Positions 19,509 to 27,573 of a DNA stretch of 53,949 nucleotides are shown here, piece by piece. The number at the start of each line of letters is the position of its first letter. Position 1 is the first letter of the stretch. The notes below the pieces were generated by a model. It made no database searches. It was not told where the DNA came from and was given only the letters and a program-made list of their open reading frames with translations. Origin of the DNA: an uncultured Geobacter sp. (GTDB lineage: Bacteria; Myxococcota_A; UBA9160; JADFDR01); assembly GCA_964424225.1 (NCBI GenBank), contig CAYRID010000004.1, forward strand, positions 1 to 53,949, read 5' to 3'. The translations under genes were made by a program, and so were the position numbers.

Positions 19509-20915
19509 GTGCAGAAGCGAATTTTCGGTATTGAAACAGAGTTCGGCATCATCTTTACGCCCGAAGGTCGCAAAACGCTTCCGGTCGAGAAGGCGATACG
19601 GTTTCTTTTCGAAAAGCTAATTACGACCGAACACTTCTTAAACGTGTTTCTTGAAAACGGAGCGCGTTTTTATCAAGACACCGGTTGCCATCCTGAGTAC
19701 GCGACACCCGAGTGCGCTTCTCCGCGTCAATTAATTGTGTATGACAAAGCCGGGGAACGAATTCTCGAAGATTTACAGGATTATGCGGAAGAAAAAATTC
19801 GCGAAGAGCGGATTCCAGGCAAGCTCTCCATTTTTAAGAACAATACGGATTTCGTTGGAAACAGTTACGGGTGTCACGAAAACTATCTCGTGGATCGTGA
19901 TGTCGATTTTTATTATCTCGCTGAACAATTGATTCCGTTTCTCGTGACACGTCAAATTTATAGTGGTGCAGGAAAGGTATTTCAGACACAAGAAGGTGTA
20001 CATTACTGTATCAGTCAGCGTGCGCAGCATGTGTATCAAAAAATCTCGGGCACAACGACGAACGATCGCTCGATCATCAATACGCGCGACGAGCCGCATG
20101 CCGATCGTGAAAAATATCGCCGCTTGCATGTAATCGTCGGAGATTCGAACATGAGCGAGTTTACGAATTTCCTGAAGGTTGCAGCCTGTACGGTCGTGTT
20201 GCAGATGATTGAAGACAACTTCATCAACAAAGACTTCACGCTGCGAAACCCCGTGAAGGCGATCAAGGACATTTCGTACGATACGACTTGCAAGCGCAAG
20301 CTTCGCCTCGATAACGGCAAGGAGTATTCGCCGCTCGACATTCAGTTTGAATATCTTGAGATGGCGCAAAAATACATTGACCAATATCCCGTGAGCGATG
20401 AATTGCGCGACGGCATTGCCAAGTGGCAGTACGTGATGGACTGCTTGGCGGATGATCCCAATAAACTCGATCGCGAGATCGATTGGGTGATTAAGCGCAA
20501 AATGATCGAACGTTTTCTTGATGCACAATCGGCGAGCTGGAGCGATCCGCGCTCGTTCATGCTTGATTTGCAGTATCACGATATTCGTTTGAACCGCGGG
20601 CTTTACTACTTGCTCGAACGTCGCGGTGCTGTTGAGCGCGTGCTCAATGACGAAGAGGTGCTCAAGGCAAAAACGGAACCGCCGCACAACACGCGTGCCA
20701 AGATGCGCGGAGAGTTCATTAAACTTGCACGCCAAAACAACATTCAATACGACCTCGATTGGTCGAACATTCGGCTTGGCAATCTGCTCAACGTGCGCGT
20801 GATTTGCAATAACCCGTTTGAAACGGACACCGAAAAAGTTGCAGAACTCGTGCGGACGATTCAAAAAACCAACTTGCGCAAGACCAGTCTCTCAAAATTG
20901 GTGATTCAGTCTTAG
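19509..20915 (+). CDS. pafA: Pup-protein ligase PafA
   Basis: KRIFGIETEFG, PafA-type NGARFYQDTGCHPEYATPEC, KNNTD...SYGCHENY, SQRAQH, NTRDEPHAD, TRAKMRGEFI. GTG start at 19509. Confidence 0.93.
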   Translation: MQKRIFGIETEFGIIFTPEGRKTLPVEKAIRFLFEKLITTEHFLNVFLENGARFYQDTGCHPEYATPECASPRQLIVYDKAGERILEDLQDYAEEKIREERIPGKLSIFKNNTDFVGNSYGCHENYLVDRDVDFYYLAEQLIPFLVTRQIYSGAGKVFQTQEGVHYCISQRAQHVYQKISGTTTNDRSIINTRDEPHADREKYRRLHVIVGDSNMSEFTNFLKVAACTVVLQMIEDNFINKDFTLRNPVKAIKDISYDTTCKRKLRLDNGKEYSPLDIQFEYLEMAQKYIDQYPVSDELRDGIAKWQYVMDCLADDPNKLDREIDWVIKRKMIERFLDAQSASWSDPRSFMLDLQYHDIRLNRGLYYLLERRGAVERVLNDEEVLKAKTEPPHNTRAKMRGEFIKLARQNNIQYDLDWSNIRLGNLLNVRVICNNPFETDTEKVAELVRTIQKTNLRKTSLSKLVIQS

Positions 20916-21085
20916 AACCCATAAATTGCGCGTTTTCTGATTTTTCCGTCGATTCGACACATTTTTTTTCGAACGGGATCAATCCCCGCGCGGGTTTGCC
21001 GATAAGCAAGGAGCGAGTTTGGAGTTTGCGGAAGCCCGACTCTCCGGCGAGCGCAAAACCACGGGGTGAGAAGAGGGATTCGCCC

Positions 21086-22123
21086 ATGATTCTTGAGGCC
21101 ATAGCCAGAAAATTTTCAAAAGATCTCGCGATCGATCTCGGTACGTCAAACACTTTGGTGTATGTACGCGGAAAAGGTCTCGTTTGCTCGGAGCCAAGCG
21201 TCGTCGCGGTGACGCGCGATGAAACCGGTCAAGGGCGCGTGCTTGCTGTGGGGCACGAAGCCAAAGAAATGGTGGGTCGCACGCCGGGGAGCATCGAAGC
21301 GATTCGCCCGATCAAAGAAGGCGTGATCGCAGATTTTGAAGTCACCGAAGCGATGCTGCGTTACTTCATTCGCCGTGTGCACGATTCGCGTACATCACTC
21401 TTCAAACCACGAATCGTAATCTGTGTACCGCCAAGCATTACGAGTGTTGAGAAGCGCGCCGTGAAGGAATCAGCGCGCTCCGCCGGTGCACGCGAAGTCT
21501 TCTTGATGGAAGAACCGATGGCCGCGGCGATCGGTGCAGGTTTGGATGTTACGGCACCGACGGGAAACATGGTTGTCGATGTCGGTGGTGGCACGACGGA
21601 CGTGGCGGTGATTTCTCTTGCGGGCATTGTTTCGAAGCGTTCGATTCGCTGCGGTAGCGATCAAATGGATGAGGCGATCATCAATTATGTGCGGCGCAAG
21701 TACAACGTACTGATCGGAGAACGCACGGCCGAGCGCGTGAAGATGACGATTGGTACGGCTTATCCCGAAGAGCATCCGATGACCATGGAAATCAAAGGAC
21801 GCGATTTGGTGACGGGCGTACCGAAGGTGATTGAAACGAACAGTGAAGAAATTCGTGAGGCGCTGCTCGAGCCAATTCAAAACATCATCGATTGTGTGCA
21901 CCATACACTCGAAAGTACGCCGCCAGAGCTTGCCGCCGATATCGTGGATCGTGGCATTGTGCTCGTGGGTGGCGGTTCGTTATTGCGTGATCTCGATCGG
22001 CTGCTTCGCGAAGAAACGGATTTGCCGATTTTGCGCAGCGAAGATCCTTTTACAGCAGTCGTAATGGGGGCGGGCAAGGCTCTCGAAAACATTGATCTCT
22101 TGCATCAAGTCGAGATCGACTAG
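21086..22123 (+). CDS. mreB: Rod shape-determining actin homolog MreB
   Basis: DLAIDLGTSNT, EPSVVA, IRPIKEGVIADF, EEPMAAAIGAG, VDVGGGTTD, IVLVGGG. Start at ATG 21086. Confidence 0.95.
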   Translation: MILEAIARKFSKDLAIDLGTSNTLVYVRGKGLVCSEPSVVAVTRDETGQGRVLAVGHEAKEMVGRTPGSIEAIRPIKEGVIADFEVTEAMLRYFIRRVHDSRTSLFKPRIVICVPPSITSVEKRAVKESARSAGAREVFLMEEPMAAAIGAGLDVTAPTGNMVVDVGGGTTDVAVISLAGIVSKRSIRCGSDQMDEAIINYVRRKYNVLIGERTAERVKMTIGTAYPEEHPMTMEIKGRDLVTGVPKVIETNSEEIREALLEPIQNIIDCVHHTLESTPPELAADIVDRGIVLVGGGSLLRDLDRLLREETDLPILRSEDPFTAVVMGAGKALENIDLLHQVEID

Positions 22124-23191
22124 CTAAGGGCGCTTTTTGCGATTTGTGGTTTGAGTCGAGGGTGACTCTTTTGTGTGTTGATTTCGTTGAAAGAGATTCA
22201 CAGCATTAACGTGCTCGCGGTATGTTTCCGAAAAATAATGTGATCCATCGTTGCGTGCGACGAAATACAAGTATTTCGTTTGTGCAGGGTGCAGGACGGC
22301 GCGCAAAGCTTCGGCACCCGGATTTGCGATTGGCCCCGGTGGCAGCCCCCGAATTTGATAGGTGTTGTAAGGATTCGTTGCGTCGTCGAGTTGGCGACGG
22401 CGCAGATTGCCATCGAAATTTGCAATGCCGTAAATCACCGTCGGATCCGATTGCAAACGCATGCCAAATCCTAGGCGATTTAAAAAGACGGATGCAATCA
22501 ATGGACGCTCATTGGGAGAGCCGGTTTCTTTTTCGATGATCGAGGCCAAGGTGACGATCTCGAGCATCGAGAAACGAGATTGTGTCGCCTCGGCAGAAAT
22601 TTTTTTCCAGTTCTTATGAAATTCACGAGTCAATGCTGTGGCGATCTGTTGCGCAGAGACGCCGCGCGCAAAGGAGTAGGTTTCGGGAAATAAGTAGCCT
22701 TCGAGATTTTTGCCCTCGACGCCGCACTCCCGCACTGCGCGAGCACTACGCGCATAGGCTAGAAATTCTGATACAGAAACAAGACCAGTTGTTTCGAGCA
22801 CAGAAGCAATTTCTTGCAGAGTGAGCCCTTCAGCGATCGTGACAGAATAAAGTTTAACTTGTCCTTCCACAATTTTGTGTAGAATTTCCTCGGGACGCAT
22901 TGTGGCTGAAAATTCGTATTCGCCAGCTTGCAAGCGATGTGAAACTTGCTGCCAGCGCGCCAAAATGCGCAGAGCATAGGCGCTACGCACGATGCCTTGC
23001 TTCTCGAGATCTTCGGCGATGCGCCGTGCGCTTGTCCCGGGTTGCACAATATAGAGCGTCGGCGCGATCAATGCGTGCGCACCGGATTGAACGGGACGCG
23101 TAATCTGACACCAATATCGGTAGGTAGCAAAACTACCCATTGCAAGCATCACGACCAAAAACAAAAGGTAGCGAGTCCACCGACGCATCAT
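22124..23191 (-). CDS. mltG: Endolytic transglycosylase MltG (YceG)
   Basis: N-terminal TM helix, LQAGEY, LEGYLFPETY, LASIIEKE, LQSDPT, YNTY...GLPPGPIANPG, YLYFVA. Confidence 0.94.
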   Translation of the reverse strand: MMRRWTRYLLFLVVMLAMGSFATYRYWCQITRPVQSGAHALIAPTLYIVQPGTSARRIAEDLEKQGIVRSAYALRILARWQQVSHRLQAGEYEFSATMRPEEILHKIVEGQVKLYSVTIAEGLTLQEIASVLETTGLVSVSEFLAYARSARAVRECGVEGKNLEGYLFPETYSFARGVSAQQIATALTREFHKNWKKISAEATQSRFSMLEIVTLASIIEKETGSPNERPLIASVFLNRLGFGMRLQSDPTVIYGIANFDGNLRRRQLDDATNPYNTYQIRGLPPGPIANPGAEALRAVLHPAQTKYLYFVARNDGSHYFSETYREHVNAVNLFQRNQHTKESPSTQTTNRKKRP

Positions 23192-23610
23192 CGTTGTAAG
23201 TCTTTCGTGCTTTCGAGGTAAGCACGCAACAAAATCGAAGCGGCCGTTTCGTCGATGCGAACTTTTTGTTTTTTGGAAGAAACGCCTGCTGCTTGCAAAG
23301 CGCGTTTGGCTTCGAGGGTGGTCATGCGCTCGTCGAAGAAATCGACGGGAAGTTGACAGGCCTCTTGAAGTTTTGCGCCGAAGCTTCGCACGGCAGCGGC
23401 CTCCGGGCCTTCTTTCCCATTCATATGCAAAGGCAATCCAAAAACAATGAGTTCGATTTTTTCGTCGGTGATGCGCTTTACGAGGGCGGCGATGTCTTGT
23501 TTTGCACCGTGGCGTTCAAGCGTACCTGCGACAAAAGCAAACTTTCCTTCGCGATCGGAAATCGCAAGTCCCATTCGTTTTGCACCGTAGTCGATGGCCA
23601 GTACGCGCAT
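23188..23610 (-). CDS. ruvX: YqgF/RuvX RNase H-like nuclease (pre-16S rRNA processing)
   Basis: LAIDYGAKRMGLAISD, VFGLP, DERMTT, IDETAA. Confidence 0.93.
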   Translation of the reverse strand: MRVLAIDYGAKRMGLAISDREGKFAFVAGTLERHGAKQDIAALVKRITDEKIELIVFGLPLHMNGKEGPEAAAVRSFGAKLQEACQLPVDFFDERMTTLEAKRALQAAGVSSKKQKVRIDETAASILLRAYLESTKDLQR

Positions 23611-23669
23611 GCAACAACCCTAGCAATCTCGCCGGTGCTTCTCCTAGACAGAAAGCGGTTGAATTGAGT

Positions 23670-25019
23670 TTATGCCGATAGAATTTTTGCGACGTCGATC
23701 TCTACAAGGGCCTCTGCATTGCCGAGGATTTCGCGTGCATCGGCTTCGGGCGCAGAGAGATCGCAGAGAATCGGTGGATCAACGCGCTGACCCGCAGCAT
23801 CTTGGACAATCCACACGGTCGGACTCGTCGCATCGAGATCGTTGAGTTTGGCGATGATGGCAATTTCGTCCGATGTCAAACGCACGAAATCGCCGACGGG
23901 ATAAGCACCGAGCATGGCGACGAAACTGGCCACAGTTTCGGGCGCATAGGCTTTGCCAACAAGGCGTCGAATAATGCGGATTGCATCACCGGGATGGCGC
24001 GATTTTTGATAAGGGCGCGTAGTCGTTAGCGCATCGTAGCAATCGGCAAGAGAGATGATTTTGCTCAAAGGATGCGGAGTTTCTCCACTACACAATTTTG
24101 GATAACCTGTTCCATCGAAGCGAATATGATGATAGAGCACGATTTTGCAGGTTTCGTCATCGACGTTGCCAAGTTCACGCAAGAGTTCTTCGCTCAGTAC
24201 GGGATGTTTTTGCATGATTTCGAGTTCTTCCGGGGTGAGCGCGCCGGGCTTTTTGATGATTTTTTCGGCGGTGCGGATTTTTCCGATGTCGTGCAATAAA
24301 CCGGCGAGCGCAACACGATGCAAGTCTTCACCGGTGATTCCCAAATGACGTGCGTAGGCCAGCGCGAAGACCGCTGTTGTGATCGAGTGCGAATAAGTGT
24401 AGGGGTCATATTTTTTTAGCAGCGTGAGTCCGAAAAGTGCGGCGGGTGAAGTGAGTATCATTTCGCGCATGGTGCTCAAAAGCTGCGTTGCATTTCCGGA
24501 AGATGCGATTTTGCCGGAACGGAGTTGCGAGAGGAGATCGAAAATTTCACCGAGTAATTCTTCGTAAGCAATGGCAACCAAAGCACGCACGTCGCCTTCG
24601 TCGGGAATTTTTTCACGAAATATGACGTGCGGCATGGCGTTTTGCTGTGCGGCGTCGAGGAGAGAAATCTTCTGTACTTGATCTTGCGAGGCGAGCGCGC
24701 GCACCAAGCGTTCTAACTCGGAGAACGTAACACCCGGCTGAAAAATGATGGCCTCGACATTGGACTGACGTATAGAAGTGTAGACCTGGGGAAATTCTTC
24801 ATTGGCTTCGTAGAAAGGAATTTCGTCAAATACAAGTACATCGTCGAATAAGCCCAGTACGATACGATCGCGCTCTTTGAGCATTGCGGCGAGTGCTGTT
24901 GCGAGGTGTACGATTGGTGTGTGAATTGCGGGATGTCCGGCCTCGTAAAGTTTACAGGTGCGCACGGCACTTCGAAGATGACGCAAAATAATGTCGAGCC
25001 GCTGCCGAGTTTCGCTCAT
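23670..25019 (-). CDS. HD-GYP domain cyclic-dinucleotide phosphodiesterase with uncharacterised N-terminal module
   Basis: YTYSHS, LLHDIGK, HHIRFDGTGYP, ADCYDALTTTRPY; metal-binding motifs look intact. SD-less ATG overlaps the upstream stop. Confidence 0.88.
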   Translation of the reverse strand: MSETRQRLDIILRHLRSAVRTCKLYEAGHPAIHTPIVHLATALAAMLKERDRIVLGLFDDVLVFDEIPFYEANEEFPQVYTSIRQSNVEAIIFQPGVTFSELERLVRALASQDQVQKISLLDAAQQNAMPHVIFREKIPDEGDVRALVAIAYEELLGEIFDLLSQLRSGKIASSGNATQLLSTMREMILTSPAALFGLTLLKKYDPYTYSHSITTAVFALAYARHLGITGEDLHRVALAGLLHDIGKIRTAEKIIKKPGALTPEELEIMQKHPVLSEELLRELGNVDDETCKIVLYHHIRFDGTGYPKLCSGETPHPLSKIISLADCYDALTTTRPYQKSRHPGDAIRIIRRLVGKAYAPETVASFVAMLGAYPVGDFVRLTSDEIAIIAKLNDLDATSPTVWIVQDAAGQRVDPPILCDLSAPEADAREILGNAEALVEIDVAKILSA

Positions 25020-26809
25020 GGGACAGCACGGCCTTGTGCACGTTTGCGCAATATGTGCTGAGCCTCACGCTTAAAAATGGGATCTTCTCCCTCGGCAAAG
25101 CGCAGAAGTAAATTTCGCGTTTCATTGCCTGGGATATTTGCGAGTGCCTGTAAGGCTACGAGTTTGAGTTCCGTCATCTTTTGGCGTTTAAAGAAACTTC
25201 GCTGTTCCAAAACGAAGAGCAGCGCGGGGACGGCTTCCAGCAGAGCGATTTGTCCGAGCGCACGAACTGCTTCTTGGGCAAGTTCGAAGTCACCACGTTG
25301 TGTCGCTTGTTGCGCGATGTCTGCAAGTGGTTGCAAGGCATAAGTGGATTGTGTTTTGCCAAGCCAGTAGGCAGCCTGCGTTGCGACTGCGCTTGTTTCG
25401 TGCAAAAGAGCGTGAATCAAAGCGCCAATTGCCGTCGAATCGCCGATGAGTACGAGTGCCTTTGAGGCTTCTTTGGCGAGAGAGGGATCGCTGCTGGTCA
25501 TGAGCTTACGCAGTGTCGAAACGGCTGCGGGATTTTGGATTTCTCCGGCGAGGCGTGTAGCAACACGAGCTGCGCGCAAATTGTTGCCCTGCATCGTGCG
25601 CAGCAAATGAGGTGTGGCTCGCTCGCCGATGGCAATTAAAATGCCTGCAACTTGGCTGCGGTGATTGGGGTCTTGCAGCGTTTCGATGCTGCGCAGCAGG
25701 GCGGGAACAGCATGCTCAGCGAGTTGCAATAAAATTTGTGTCGCACGAATGCGTAGGCTGGTATCGGCCGAGCAAGCACGCGCAATCAAGTCAGCGAGCT
25801 GTGGTCCAGAAGCGAAAGAAATTAAGGCTTCGCTAGCACATCGACTCTTTTTTGTGTCATTTTCCGAGTCTTGAGCAGCTTGCGTGGAAAGTGCCAAGAT
25901 CGTTTGATAGGCCGCATCGGAATCGCCATCTTCGAAAAGCAGCTTGGCCGTCGCGATGGCTTCGGCCGCAAGACATTCATAGGTAGAATCTTCTTTTGCC
26001 TTTTCGAACTGGGACAGCGTGTTTTTTAGGCTGGCTCTGCGTTGATCGCGCAAGGCCTGTTTGGCCGGAGTGAGATTTGGAGGGGGTGCAGCAGACAGCG
26101 AGTTGGTCGATCCAACGCTTTCAAGTGTTGGCGTATCGAGCGTTTCGGGTTCGAGCAGTGCGGCGAGAAGTAGGGCGGGATCAGCATGACCAATTTCAGC
26201 GTTGATTTCGGCGCAGGAAGGAGAATCCATGTCGAGCAAATCGAGTACGTCGCTTTGCTCTTCTTGCGCCGCTGTGGCGGTGTGGGCCGGACGCCCCAGT
26301 GTGATTTCGACGCCGTGTTCCGCCGCAGTGCGAATGCACGCTTGCCGCTTTGCATGTGTCGTTGCTGCGAACTCGGTGTCGGAGAATATTTCGAGCAGAG
26401 CTTGGAAGCCGTCTTGTGTCATGGCCGGAGTGACGCCAAGAGCACAAACGCCGTACGCCGTAAATTCACGCGCGAGTTCGTCGGAGTGCGCGCTTGTAAT
26501 CGGAGATGAATTGACTAAGCGCAACATTTTTCCGTGTAATACCGCTTCGAGAGTGCCATGCCGATCGAGATCGGCGCGCCAAGTACGAAAGCTGCGATGG
26601 AGGATGGCTTGCAGCTGCGGATGCGTGCGTGGATAAAACCGGTAGCCCTTGATTGCGCGCGCGAGTTCGACCCAAAGCGTCGTGACGTCGCTTGCGGTGC
26701 GAGTTTTGGGCAAGGGAAGAATTGTAGGGTTGGCCGCCATGGTCACTGTTTCGACTTTCACTTTTGCGATGCGCGCGTAGTGTGAAAACTCTGCAAGCAA
26801 ACGTTTCAT
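25016..26809 (-). CDS. HEAT / PBS-lyase repeat protein with uncharacterised N-terminal module
   Basis: C-terminal half is repeated helical units such as ASKALVLIG...AIGALIHAL, AAYWLGK, AVRALGQIA, ALQALANI. Start uncertain (26809 or 26740). Confidence 0.78.
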   Translation of the reverse strand: MKRLLAEFSHYARIAKVKVETVTMAANPTILPLPKTRTASDVTTLWVELARAIKGYRFYPRTHPQLQAILHRSFRTWRADLDRHGTLEAVLHGKMLRLVNSSPITSAHSDELAREFTAYGVCALGVTPAMTQDGFQALLEIFSDTEFAATTHAKRQACIRTAAEHGVEITLGRPAHTATAAQEEQSDVLDLLDMDSPSCAEINAEIGHADPALLLAALLEPETLDTPTLESVGSTNSLSAAPPPNLTPAKQALRDQRRASLKNTLSQFEKAKEDSTYECLAAEAIATAKLLFEDGDSDAAYQTILALSTQAAQDSENDTKKSRCASEALISFASGPQLADLIARACSADTSLRIRATQILLQLAEHAVPALLRSIETLQDPNHRSQVAGILIAIGERATPHLLRTMQGNNLRAARVATRLAGEIQNPAAVSTLRKLMTSSDPSLAKEASKALVLIGDSTAIGALIHALLHETSAVATQAAYWLGKTQSTYALQPLADIAQQATQRGDFELAQEAVRALGQIALLEAVPALLFVLEQRSFFKRQKMTELKLVALQALANIPGNETRNLLLRFAEGEDPIFKREAQHILRKRAQGRAVP

Positions 26810-26901
26810 CGTCTCTTACACCGAGCAGCTTGACGTCCACACAGGGACAAATTCACAGACTGAGTTTTTTACCGACTTTCTCTTTTTTTTCGCTTTTTGT
26901 A

Positions 26902-26931
26902 TTGACGCTTCTTGCTGGCGGGCGGTAGTGT
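26902..26931 (+). promoter_or_regulatory. Candidate sigma70-type promoter for pgpA-cinA-recA
   Basis: TTGACG (26902-26907), 18-nt spacer, TAGTGT (26926-26931), preceded by a T-rich tract. Confidence 0.3.
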
Positions 26932-26979
26932 GGCTTCACGCCTTTGGCCACCACCAAGGGTTGATCCATTAACTCGTTC

Positions 26980-27573
26980 TTGAGTAGCGCACCCATCGAA
27001 AATTTAAAAAACATCAATAATTCCAATACCTTTGAAGGGAAGGTCGTCTTTCTTGTTGCGACGTTCTTCGGGGTTGGTCTTGCGCCGTTTGCGCCGGGAA
27101 CTTTTGGATCGGCCGCTGGTGTCATCATTTTTCTTGGTTTGGCGACACTTCCTACCGGTTTGTATGCACTCACGGTTTTGACACTGTTTGCACTGGGAGT
27201 TTGGGCCGCTGAGCGCGCAGAGGGAATATTTCGTCGACACGATGATGGTCGGATCGTGATTGACGAAGTAGTTGGCCAATTGTTGACGCTTTCGCCGCTG
27301 CTTTGGTCTGCGCAGTTTTCTTCTGCGAGCGGCCAGAGCTGGCAAGTTTCGCAGTTCGCATGGAGCTGGAAAAGCTGGAAGCTTTGGTTCTTGTTGACCA
27401 TGGGATTTTTCATGTTTCGCGTACTCGACATTCTGAAGCCCGGACCAATTCGCAAGGCGGAACAGTTTGCCGGCGGACTTGGTGTGATGCTCGATGATGT
27501 CGTGGCGGGGATTTTCGGTGCGATCGTGATGGGGGCGTTTCTCTGGGCACTTGGCGGAGGGCTGCACGGATGA
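26980..27573 (+). CDS. pgpA: Phosphatidylglycerophosphatase A
   Basis: ATFFGVG...APGTFGS, HDDGRIVIDEVVG, FRVLDILKP, GGLGVMLDDVVAG. Confidence 0.93.
   Translation: MSSAPIENLKNINNSNTFEGKVVFLVATFFGVGLAPFAPGTFGSAAGVIIFLGLATLPTGLYALTVLTLFALGVWAAERAEGIFRRHDDGRIVIDEVVGQLLTLSPLLWSAQFSSASGQSWQVSQFAWSWKSWKLWFLLTMGFFMFRVLDILKPGPIRKAEQFAGGLGVMLDDVVAGIFGAIVMGAFLWALGGGLHG

Noticed and set aside
19773-20864. 363-aa minus-strand ORF inside pafA
   Set aside because: Antisense shadow; no motifs or SD.
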